Origin: Halobacteriovoraceae bacterium
GTDB taxonomy: Bacteria; Bdellovibrionota; Bacteriovoracia; Bacteriovoracales; Bacteriovoracaceae
Length of the DNA: 54,885 nt
Reading direction: 5' to 3'
NCBI GenBank assembly: GCA_002715375.1
Contig: PAZA01000005.1
Coordinates: forward strand, 1-54,885
The notes beneath the pieces were generated by a model. It saw nothing but the letters and a program-made list of their open reading frames with translations. It ran no database searches and had not been told where the DNA came from. Positions within the stretch are counted from its first letter, which is position 1. The number at the start of each line of letters is the position of its first letter. Below are positions 35,810 to 44,797 of the stretch, piece after piece. Made by a program: the position numbers and the translations under genes.

Positions 35810-37375
35810 TTATCTTTTTGAAGCTGACTTCTTTGGTAACTTATACTTTTTTAACAAGACTTCAACTTCCTTATGACCTTCTCTTTCAGCATCATTTAAA
35901 GGAGTTCCACCCCATCGATCCTTTGCTTGAGGATCAGCTGAGTGACCCAATAAATACTCAACCATTTCTTTTTTGCCTTCGGAAGAAGCCAGGTGAAGGG
36001 CTGTTCTTCCATCATAGTCTGCTTGGTTTATATCAAAGCCTCTTGCAAGAAAAGCCTGAACTTCCCTAATAGAACCTTTTGAAGCTGCCCATAACAAAGA
36101 CTGAACATCATCACTAGACACCTGGTTTAGGTTAACTCTTGGGTCCATTTTCTTTGAGTGCCCCGCAATAAGGCTATCAAAATTGTGAAAGTTGAAATTC
36201 CCCACAAGCCTTTCACAAAAGTCGATTCCTCTAACTGAGTTACCCATCTTATCTAATGGAGGAGACCAAACACAAATGCCCATAAGGTTTGGAATAACAA
36301 TCAATAAACCACCTCCAACACCACTTTTTGCAGGTAACCCTATAGTGAAAGCAAACTCCCCTGAAAAGTCATACATACCACATGAAGACATGAGAGAGAG
36401 GCAATTCTTAACAGTATCAGGAGCGAACAGTTTATCCTGAGTAAGAGGACAAATGCCACTATTTGCAAGAGTTGCAGAAACTGTCGCCATCGACTCAGCT
36501 GTTAACTCAATTGAGCAACATTGAAAGTAAAACTCCAGAGTCTCAATAAGCTTCGTATTGGCTGGGAAAGAATTATTTTCCCTCATGAAGTAACCTAGAG
36601 CAAAGTTCCTATCTGCCGTCGCTCTTTCAGATAAATAAACCGCATTATTAAAGGAAGGTTGATTTCCACCAGCCGCTCTTTTCCACATGTCCAATACATA
36701 ATCAAAACGCTCAGCCGGCTCAAGAGATGGTTTAACCATAGAACTTGTCATGATGGCACCAGCATTAATAAAAGGATTATGAGGTCTCTTTTTCGGGTCG
36801 AGGGTAATCTCATTGAAACCATGACCACTTGGTTCACGACCAACATGAGTATGAACCTTATCTTGGCCAAACTCCTCCAAGGCCAGACAATAATTCAATG
36901 TTTTTGAAGTTGATTGAATACTAAAATGCTGATCACATTCACCAGTTGAAAAAATCTGACCATCAATTGTACAAATTGAAACTCCAAAATTTTCTGGAGC
37001 CACTCTTTTTAGCTGGGGAATATAATCCGCAACCTTACCACCATCATTCTTCTTAACTTCCTCATATATTTTTTCAATTTCTTTAGAAAAGCGATCAAAC
37101 TCGGGAATGACCATTTGATTTTGAAAAACTTTATCAAAGAGTATCGTTTGGTCCTGTATCAATTTATCAAATTCCTTATGGGTAAGTTCACTCACCCCAT
37201 TCAACTGATTAGTTTTTTCATAAAAGTTCTTCAGGCGTGGGTCTTTTTTAGAAAGTCCACTTTTTTTAAGAACATCCAAAATCTCGCGAAGATTCACCCG
37301 CCCCTTTCCTTCCTTATCAAGAGACCTAAAAGACTGACCTAAACTGGTAGCTTCAGCATTATGACTTTCTAACAC
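35810..37375 (-). CDS. glsA: glutaminase with metazoan GLS-type architecture: EF-hand-like N-domain, glutaminase core, C-terminal ankyrin repeats
   Basis: Core motifs are [20 protein letters not shown] (Ser-x-x-Lys), [23 protein letters not shown] and [15 protein letters not shown]. The N-terminal part reads [19 protein letters not shown]...[18 protein letters not shown]. The C-terminal ANK repeats read [24 protein letters not shown]...[19 protein letters not shown]. Confidence 0.9.
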   Translation of the reverse strand: [521 protein letters not shown]

Positions 37376-37476
37376 AACTCCCCCTTAGTTTTATATTTTC
37401 CTATTCTGAAAGTTAATAATTCAAAACCATTTTTCGCACCTAAGAGCTTTAAGGCTCAAGTGCTCAAATACGCAAA

Positions 37477-37500
37477 GGGGGGAGCAACATGGCTCCCCCC
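37477..37500 (-). terminator. GC-rich hairpin between GSII and glutaminase genes (probable terminator/processing site)
   Basis: GGGGGGAGC (37477-37485) pairs with GCTCCCCCC (37492-37500) across a 6-nt loop. On the minus strand only TTTG follows, so the U-tract is weak. Confidence 0.45.
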
Positions 37501-37527
37501 TAAAACATTTCGCTATTTTCTTAAATA

Positions 37528-38574
37528 TTAAAGATTGCAGACCGTCTTCATAAGAAGTTCTGCAACGATATAAGGATCAGAATTGGCTCCAGGTCTCCTA
37601 TCTTCAATATACCCGTAGCCCTTCCTTGTTGTGGCCATAGGAATTCTTATCGAAGCTCCTCTATCTGAATTTCCAGAACGGAATTCATTGATACTACAAG
37701 TCTCATGAAGACCTGTTAGTCTTTCAGCAAGACCTGAACCATAGTTTTCAATATGGAGTTGATGCTTTTCTGCCAAGTTGTTAACAGCAGATTCAATGGC
37801 CCCCATTCCTTTGGACTTGTCTCTCATATCCTTTGTAGAAAAGTTTGTATGCATTCCTGCACCATTCCAGTCACCCTTAATAGGCTTATTCTCAAAAGAA
37901 ACTGTCACATCATATTTTTCAGAGATTCTTTGGAGTAGAAAACGCGCTAACCAAACATGATCAGACATTGTTAGAGGGTCAGCAGCTTCGCCATCAAAAG
38001 CTCTATAACCGATTTGGAATTCCCACTGACCAGGCATAACTTCAGCATTTGTCCCATAAATATTTAAACCTGCATCCTCACAAGCTTTTGCGTGCTCATC
38101 ACATATGTCACGACCAAAAATATTTGAAGCTCCTACGCCACAATAGAATGGTCCTTGTGGAGCAGGGTAACCGCCCTCTGGCCAACCTAATGGACGACCT
38201 GATTTATTGAAAAGTGTATATTCTTGCTCAAAGCCAACATAAGCATCTTGCTCATTGCCACCTTTTTCCATAACTTCTACAAGTGAAGCTCTCTTGTTAG
38301 TCGCATGAACAGTTCCATCAGCATTAAAAACTTCACAAAGCGCTAAAAAGTAACCTTCACCCCTTAAAGGATCCTTAACAACTCGAACTGCTTTTAATTC
38401 GCAATCTGAATCATTTCCTGCGGCTTGATTAGTAGAAGAACCATCAAATCCCCACTCTGGAAGATCGGAAACGTTTAACTCTCCCTCAAAAGGCACTAGC
38501 CTGGATTTTGAGCGAAGGGCCTGGGTTGGCTCAGCACCATCTAACCAAATGTATTCTACGAATGCTCTTTTCAT
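37528..38574 (-). CDS. glnII: glutamine synthetase type II (eukaryote-type GSII)
   Basis: 348 aa. VEYIWLDG...LRSK; GWPEGGYPAPQGPFYCGVGASNIFGRDICDEHAKACEDAGLNIYGTNAEVMPGQWEFQIG; NGAGMHTNFS; RGASIRIP. This is collinear with plant/animal GS and bacterial GlnII, not the dodecameric GSI. Confidence 0.9.
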   Translation of the reverse strand: MKRAFVEYIWLDGAEPTQALRSKSRLVPFEGELNVSDLPEWGFDGSSTNQAAGNDSDCELKAVRVVKDPLRGEGYFLALCEVFNADGTVHATNKRASLVEVMEKGGNEQDAYVGFEQEYTLFNKSGRPLGWPEGGYPAPQGPFYCGVGASNIFGRDICDEHAKACEDAGLNIYGTNAEVMPGQWEFQIGYRAFDGEAADPLTMSDHVWLARFLLQRISEKYDVTVSFENKPIKGDWNGAGMHTNFSTKDMRDKSKGMGAIESAVNNLAEKHQLHIENYGSGLAERLTGLHETCSINEFRSGNSDRGASIRIPMATTRKGYGYIEDRRPGANSDPYIVAELLMKTVCNL

Positions 38575-38901
38575 TTTTAAACTCCTCTCCTGCCCGGAAA
38601 ATTAAAGTAGTGGGCAAAAATTTATACTGAAAATTAAAAGAAATGTTTCTAACACAAATAAAAAGACAATAATATTTGGGATCTAGCTGACAGCACAAGT
38701 AGGACTTAAATAAGTTTTTATACTTTTTCTCGCTCATATTGTAAGATACCACCTACACACGACATATCAATACATTTAATATACAAAAAAAAGTAAAAAG
38801 AAAACGTACTTCGAAAAAAAAGATAAGCCCTTTCCAAATTAAACTGTAAAAAATATTTTTTTATGAGAAGAGCTATAACTATACAAATAAAGGTTAAGTT
38901 T

Positions 38902-39618
38902 TTACTTAGGTCCTTTTAGGATATTTTCTCTTATCGCATAAGAAACCATTTCCGCGTTATTTTTAAGGTCAAGCTTTTCTAAAATGCGGTTCCTGTAAGT
39001 AGAAATTGTTTTTGAGCTTAAATTGAGGTCATAGGCGATTTCTTTGGTCAAACGCCCCTGAGCAAGGCCCATAAAAACCTCTCTCTCTCTTTTAGAGAGG
39101 ATGGCCAGCTTATTTAACTCATTTCCTGCATTTATATCTTCGCTTTTCAATGAACTTCTTAACTTATCATGTTCTTTTAAAAATCTATCTTCCTCATCAT
39201 CGAAAAACTGCAGAAGCAAGTTCCCACCAAAATAACGCCTACCTGCAAAAACTTCTTGAAGAGCAAAAGCCATTTGATCAATTGAACTATCTTTTACAAT
39301 GTACCCAGCAGCCCCTAGCCTCACTGCAAGCTTAACGTAGTCTGAGTTTGAAAACATCGTTATGAAAAGGACGGAAAGGTCTGGGTAAAGCAACCTTACT
39401 CTTTTAAAGACCTCTATGCCACTTTCCCCAGGAAGAGATATATCTAGTAGCAACATATCAACAGAGTTGCGCTCTAACTCAACAAAGGTCTCAGCACCGT
39501 TGGAGCACTCGATCAAATCTGCGTCAAAAGGGGATTCGTTGATCATTTCAACAACCCCTTTTCTGACAATCTGATGATCATCCGTGATTATTATTTTCTT
39601 TTTTCTGTTCAAGGTCAT
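38902..39618 (-). CDS. NarL/FixJ (LuxR-type HTH) response regulator, no cognate kinase adjacent
   Basis: Receiver (IIITDDHQIVRKG, MLLLDISLPGESG) plus a LuxR HTH (LSKREREVFMGLAQGRLTKEIAYDLNLSSKTISTYRNRILEKL). Confidence 0.85.
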   Translation of the reverse strand: MTLNRKKKIIITDDHQIVRKGVVEMINESPFDADLIECSNGAETFVELERNSVDMLLLDISLPGESGIEVFKRVRLLYPDLSVLFITMFSNSDYVKLAVRLGAAGYIVKDSSIDQMAFALQEVFAGRRYFGGNLLLQFFDDEEDRFLKEHDKLRSSLKSEDINAGNELNKLAILSKREREVFMGLAQGRLTKEIAYDLNLSSKTISTYRNRILEKLDLKNNAEMVSYAIRENILKGPK

Positions 39619-39782
39619 ACTTTCCTAAATACGTATAATTACTAGGTAATCATGATTTTAGAAGTTGAGCACATTAACTTTTACTAAATAGATTTTCAAT
39701 ACATTTTCTAAGAAAATAAACGCTGTCTAGTTTTAAATTAAGTTTATAAAAAATAAGAACTTTGTCCTTATAACAAAAAAAA

Positions 39783-41255
39783 CTAATGACCAATAGAGTC
39801 TTCCTCTTTTTGTAAGTCCTTTCCTGCATTTACATGTTTTAAATTATATTTTGAACGGTGCTTAAGAGGATCCTTTTTTCTTGTATAAAAAGGCGTTTCC
39901 CCATCATAACCTCTATCGAAGCCTAGAAATGATTCAGGCGTAAAACAATAAGCACTTTCGTGGTGCTCTCCCATGTCTAAACCTTCCTTTTCTTCTTTTT
40001 TAGAAACTCTAAGTCCGACAGAAAGATCAATTAGTTTAAAGATCACCCAAGAAACACCAAAAGCCGCTAAAGCGATAATGAATATTCCTTTTAATTGTGA
40101 AAAGATTTGCCCAAATGAAGCTAGGTTACCAAAAATACCTACTGCTAGAGTACCCCAAATTCCACAAACCAAATGAACTGAAATTGCCCCAACTGGATCA
40201 TCGACCTTTATTTTGTCGAAAAACTTTATCGAAAAAACGACCAAAACCCCTGCTATAAAGCCGATAAGGAGGGCCTCATTAAAATTCATCTGGTCAGCCC
40301 CCGCCGTAATCCCTACAAGACCAGCCAAAGCTCCGTTTAGCGTCATGCCTAAATCGGGCTTCTTCGATATTCTCCATGAAACAATCATAGAAGCTAAAAG
40401 ACCTGATGCACCTGCAAGAGCTGTCGTCATAAAAACAAGAGATAGCTTATCAGGAGCTGCTGAAAGGACAGAACCTCCGTTAAAGCCAAACCATCCAAAC
40501 CATAAAAGAAAAACACCGATTGTTGCCAAAGGATAATTATGGGGAACAAGCTTCCTTTCCCCCTCATATTTGCCTAAACGTGGACCTAAGCAAATAGCAC
40601 CTGCCAAAGCAGCCCATCCTCCTAATGAGTGAACAATACTCGACCCTGCAAAGTCATAAAAAGGTATATTCAAAGTTTCTAAAAAACCTCCTCCCCACTT
40701 CCACATGCCGATAATAGGATAAACAACTGCCACAAAAAGGGTCGAGAAAATTAAAAATGAAGAGAGTTTTATTCTTTCACAAACAGCTCCACTTACAATT
40801 GTTGCCGCAGTGGCAGCAAACACCGCCTGAAAGATAAAGTCTGTGTAATAGGTATAAGAAGCATTATAATCCGATGTAAGGCCACTAGGGCCTGGGTCTA
40901 TTCCAAAACCGCCAAAGCCAAAAAAGCTCCCCGCAAAATCTGCCCCTGGATACATCAGGTTAAAACCACAAAAGGAATAAGTTAAAAGGCCTATGGCCAT
41001 AATGGCAGAGTTTTTAAAAAGGATATTAACTGTATTTTTAGACTGAGTCATGCCTGCTTCAAGACAGGCAAACCCAAGATGCATAACAAAAACCAGCCCG
41101 GTCGCCAATAAAATCCAAAGATTATGAGTGGTAAATGATAAATCTGCTAGAGTCTTTTCCGAGCCCAAGGAGCTTGACCAAGAAGTTAAAGCAAGAAAAA
41201 CAAAGATCATCTTTTTAAATCTTAAGAGTTTAATATACTTATTCATAAAATTCAC
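39783..41255 (-). CDS. amt: ammonium transporter (Amt family) with signal peptide and a roughly 70-aa C-terminal extension
   Basis: WILLATGLVFVMHLGFACLEAGMTQSKNTVNILFKN, DFAGSSIVHSLGGWAALAGAICLGPR, WFGWFGFNGGS and VHLVCGIWGTLAVGIF are typical Amt motifs. Confidence 0.9.
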   Translation of the reverse strand: MNFMNKYIKLLRFKKMIFVFLALTSWSSSLGSEKTLADLSFTTHNLWILLATGLVFVMHLGFACLEAGMTQSKNTVNILFKNSAIMAIGLLTYSFCGFNLMYPGADFAGSFFGFGGFGIDPGPSGLTSDYNASYTYYTDFIFQAVFAATAATIVSGAVCERIKLSSFLIFSTLFVAVVYPIIGMWKWGGGFLETLNIPFYDFAGSSIVHSLGGWAALAGAICLGPRLGKYEGERKLVPHNYPLATIGVFLLWFGWFGFNGGSVLSAAPDKLSLVFMTTALAGASGLLASMIVSWRISKKPDLGMTLNGALAGLVGITAGADQMNFNEALLIGFIAGVLVVFSIKFFDKIKVDDPVGAISVHLVCGIWGTLAVGIFGNLASFGQIFSQLKGIFIIALAAFGVSWVIFKLIDLSVGLRVSKKEEKEGLDMGEHHESAYCFTPESFLGFDRGYDGETPFYTRKKDPLKHRSKYNLKHVNAGKDLQKEEDSIGH

Positions 41256-41384
41256 CTTGATAAATTCATTTTTAAAAATGACAAATGAAATTTATTAGGG
41301 AACCTTAGTCAATATCAATACTTCACTTCCTACAATCAATTTCTAGGCTCCTTACAGTGACCTTATGGATTGTAGGTAAAAAGT

Positions 41385-43490
41385 CTAATGGACCTTACCA
41401 TTCATGAATTTCTTAAATATTTTAAAACTTGATGTAGGATATTTGCATACTGAATTCTGACAGACATAAACTGTTGTTTTTCCATCAATCATTTTCTTAT
41501 TAACAACAGGTTCTGGAACAAAATAATTAGGCTTATCCTTATCAACTTCTTTAAAATAAACCACATTATTTGGTGAAAAATTTTCTTTAAAATAAGAGAG
41601 AAATTGCTTTGTTAGGCCATTGGCCCTGTTTCCTACTATAACAACCTCTTTTGAATTATCTAAAAAGTAATTTGAAGCCAATAGCCCTTGAGAAAAGCCT
41701 AAAGGATAAGTGGATGCACTTTTTGATATAACCTTTAAAATACTTGTTGCTTTTTTTAGAAAGCCTTGGTCGTAAGTAAATCCATAAATCTTCAAAAGGT
41801 TAAGAGCACTGACTGAATTGGAATTTGGACGAGCATTATCTGCCAAATCAAAAAGCTTAAAGGGAAAATCTTCCTTAATAATAGAAAAGTAATAAACACC
41901 GAGGTTTTTAGACCACAAAAGTTTATCCTGATCTTTTTGCAAATCAATCGCCCATTTTAAGATTTTTGAATCTAGATCAACCTTATAGAGATGAAGTAGG
42001 CCATCAATTAGGTAGGCATAATCATCTAAAAGCCCAAAGTTTTCTGTCTTTTCTTTGGTATAGCGCCTATAAAGCTTTCCTTTATCATAGAGTCTCTCTT
42101 TCAGAAAAAGAGCAGCTTTTTTGGAGGCCTCCAGAAACTTTGGCTCTTCTAATATTTCTGCTCCCCTTGCCAAAGCACCAATCATTAATCCGTTCCAAGC
42201 CGTTAAAAACTTTTTATCCTTAAAAGGCTTCACTCTTTTATTTCTTTTTTTAAAAATTTTATTTCTAATGTAATTAAGCTTGGGTTCAAAACGATCTAAG
42301 GTAGCTTTATTTGAGGAAAGAAGGTTGAGATGGTTTGTTTCATTTTCAAAATTGCCCTTTTTGGTCGTCATGAAAAAACTTTGAAAGTATTCAAACTCCT
42401 TGGGTTTAAGAATTTTTTCTAATTCACTTTTTTTCCAAATATAAAATTTTCCCTCCTCACCTTCCGAGTCGGCATCCTCAGACGAAAAAAAGGGACCCTC
42501 TTTAGAAGTCATATCCCTCATAATATAATTCAGGATTTCTCGAGCTATTTCCGCATAAACTGGTTTTTTGAAAAGTTGAAATGCTTCAAGATAAGTAAGA
42601 GCAAGAAGAGCATTATCATAAAGCATTTTTTCAAAATGAGGAATTAACCACTTTTTATCAGTTGAATACCTGGAAAACCCACCACCTATATGATCATAAA
42701 TCCCACCTCTAAACATTCCTAGAAGTGTTTTTTCAATCATAACCTTTAAACTTTCCTTCTTTTCTGGGTTGGAAACTCTCTTGTAAAGCCTTAAAAGAAG
42801 CCTAAGTCTCATTGGTGACGGGAATTTAGGTGCTGGACCAAAGCCTCCATATTGTTTATCAAATGTTTTTTCAGCAATCGCACAAGCTTTTTGAAGAAGC
42901 TTCTCGTTTACAGGCTCTCTTCCAAGCTCTCTTTTATTTAAAGAGTCTAAATACTTCCCTATTTCATTTCCTGCTTTTATAAACTCTACTCCTCCTTTTG
43001 CCCATCGATCTTGAAATCCCTTAAGAATCTTAATAAGTTGATCCTTTGGAAGATAAGTTGCTCCCCAGATAGGCTCTAACTTAGGAGTTAAAAACATCGT
43101 TAATGGCCATCCCCCTCTCTTTCCAAGAAGATGAAGTGCATTCATATACCTTTTATCAACTTCAGGTCTTTCTTCCCGATCCACTTTAATAGAAACAAAC
43201 GACTTATTTAAAATATCAGCGACTTCTAGTGTTTCAAAACTTTCTCTCTCCATGACATGGCACCAGTGGCAGGTCGAGTACCCTATTGAGAGAAAAATAA
43301 GTTTGTTGTTTTTCTTTGCATAATCAATAGTATCTTTACTCCAAGGCTGCCACCATATTGGGTTTTGGCTGTGCTGAAGAAGATAAGGGCTCCTTTGGGA
43401 GTTAAGACGATTTGATTGGTGATTAGGTTGGCAAGACCACAAGAGACAAATTAGGATAGTCACCCAAACGAATCTTTCACTTAATTTCAA
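41385..43490 (-). CDS. thioredoxin-domain (DUF255) plus six-hairpin-barrel protein, YyaL/SPATA20-like, probably exported lipoprotein
   Basis: TTG start. Signal plus possible lipobox (TILICLLWSC). SPYLLQHSQNPIWWQPW, intact CXXC in IGYSTCHWCHVMERESF (C74/C77), [25 protein letters not shown] and [12 protein letters not shown]. Confidence 0.75.
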   Translation of the reverse strand: MKLSERFVWVTILICLLWSCQPNHQSNRLNSQRSPYLLQHSQNPIWWQPWSKDTIDYAKKNNKLIFLSIGYSTCHWCHVMERESFETLEVADILNKSFVSIKVDREERPEVDKRYMNALHLLGKRGGWPLTMFLTPKLEPIWGATYLPKDQLIKILKGFQDRWAKGGVEFIKAGNEIGKYLDSLNKRELGREPVNEKLLQKACAIAEKTFDKQYGGFGPAPKFPSPMRLRLLLRLYKRVSNPEKKESLKVMIEKTLLGMFRGGIYDHIGGGFSRYSTDKKWLIPHFEKMLYDNALLALTYLEAFQLFKKPVYAEIAREILNYIMRDMTSKEGPFFSSEDADSEGEEGKFYIWKKSELEKILKPKEFEYFQSFFMTTKKGNFENETNHLNLLSSNKATLDRFEPKLNYIRNKIFKKRNKRVKPFKDKKFLTAWNGLMIGALARGAEILEEPKFLEASKKAALFLKERLYDKGKLYRRYTKEKTENFGLLDDYAYLIDGLLHLYKVDLDSKILKWAIDLQKDQDKLLWSKNLGVYYFSIIKEDFPFKLFDLADNARPNSNSVSALNLLKIYGFTYDQGFLKKATSILKVISKSASTYPLGFSQGLLASNYFLDNSKEVVIVGNRANGLTKQFLSYFKENFSPNNVVYFKEVDKDKPNYFVPEPVVNKKMIDGKTTVYVCQNSVCKYPTSSFKIFKKFMNGKVH

Positions 43491-43492
43491 TG

Positions 43493-43870
43493 TTAAAACC
43501 CTTCGCCGGTCACCTTTTTGAGGATCATCATTAATTCACTGATAATGATAGGTTTATCGGCAAAATAGACTTTTTGAAATGGCCCACTAGATTTCTTGGC
43601 CTTGGCCACATCCTTTGTAACAAATAGAATGGGTACTTCCCTATTAGGGCAGTTTTCGTTCCGAATTTCTTTTAGGAATTCAGAACCTTTCATAACAGGC
43701 ATTTCAAAATCTGTGACAATAATACTAAAAAGAGAACTCTTTAAAAGACTAACTCCCTTGTAATGACTATCTGGAACGACTACTTCGAAAACATCGCTAT
43801 CGGAAAATATATTGGCGACAACACCACCTGTCCCATCGTCATCATCAAACACAAGAATTTTTCTTTTCAT
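43493..43870 (-). CDS. stand-alone CheY-like receiver protein
   Basis: VFDDDD, IIVTDFEMPVMKG, FVTKD and ADKP. Its stop is 2 nt from the YyaL-like TTG start. Confidence 0.7.
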   Translation of the reverse strand: MKRKILVFDDDDGTGGVVANIFSDSDVFEVVVPDSHYKGVSLLKSSLFSIIVTDFEMPVMKGSEFLKEIRNENCPNREVPILFVTKDVAKAKKSSGPFQKVYFADKPIIISELMMILKKVTGEGF

Positions 43871-43963
43871 TAGAAAATTATAGTTCTTAACAAAAGCCTT
43901 TTCAACCTAGGGTAACTTTTCGTTTCTACACTAAAAGTATAATCGTTTTATAAAAGTAAGGTT

Positions 43964-44797
43964 TTAAAAAAAGGTTCCATTATGAGAAATAATTAAATGC
44001 ACTTCTTCCAAAAAAGAGTTATGAAAACGCCAAAAAAGGCCATCTTTATTCAAAAGAGGAGTAGCTTCACGACCTAATTGATCAGAACCTTTAACAAGCG
44101 ACTCGAGGTTAGTATAGGTTTTTCCAGGCAACCCACAAGGATTTACAAAACTTAGGGCCTCAACAACTTTTGGGTCATAATTAATGTTAAGGGCCATTCC
44201 ATGATAAGTCACATAGCGGGTTACCGCAATTCCTATGGAAGCCAATTTTTGATTCTCATGCCAAAGTCCTAAAAGCTCTTTTTCATAAGATAAGCTTTGA
44301 ACTCCAAAAACCTTTTCGATGGCACTTTTGGATTTTTCCAAAACCCAATTCATAACCTTATAAACGTCCGTTTTCCTACTCACAAGGTTTAAGATGGGAT
44401 AAAAAACCCATTGACCAGGGTAGTGAAATGTAAGTCCTCCTCCCCTCTTTATCTCGTATAAAGGAAAAGGCAACCTTCCCTTTAAATTAGGATCGAAGTC
44501 TATAAGATCTAAGTCTTTTGGAATCTTATGCTTTTGAAGACCTCTTCCTAAAGTAAAACAGTGAGGGTGAGTACAAAAAATAAGGATGAGAATGCTTTTA
44601 TTCTCTTTAATAAATTGAGTTGCTTTCCATTGGAAATCATGGGCCTTTTGATAATCCCAACCCCACTTCTGAATAATCCAAACACTTTCTGAGGGAAAAC
44701 TAAAATTTTGTGATGTAAGATCAAATTCACTAAGAACTTCATCTCCGAATGACTCGGAAAAAACCTCAGGTCTAAGGTTATCGCGATCGGCTGTCAC
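43964..44797 (-). CDS. lipB: octanoyltransferase (lipoyl(octanoyl) transferase) with a roughly 35-aa N-terminal extension
   Basis: KRGGGLTFHYPGQWVFYPIL, KLASIGIAVTRYVTYHGMALNIN and NPCGL (catalytic Cys). The GTG start overlaps the lipA stop (GTGA). Confidence 0.8.
   Translation of the reverse strand: MTADRDNLRPEVFSESFGDEVLSEFDLTSQNFSFPSESVWIIQKWGWDYQKAHDFQWKATQFIKENKSILILIFCTHPHCFTLGRGLQKHKIPKDLDLIDFDPNLKGRLPFPLYEIKRGGGLTFHYPGQWVFYPILNLVSRKTDVYKVMNWVLEKSKSAIEKVFGVQSLSYEKELLGLWHENQKLASIGIAVTRYVTYHGMALNINYDPKVVEALSFVNPCGLPGKTYTNLESLVKGSDQLGREATPLLNKDGLFWRFHNSFLEEVHLIISHNGTFF

Noticed and set aside
38531-38752. 73-aa minus-strand ORF overlapping the GSII start and extending into the AT-rich upstream region
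   Set aside because: Its composition is dominated by AT-rich intergenic sequence, it overlaps the well-supported glnII N-terminus out of frame, and it has no SD or motif.
44548-44742. 64-aa ORF nested in lipB on the same strand but in a different frame
   Set aside because: The LipB frame carries all family motifs, so the nested ORF has no independent support.
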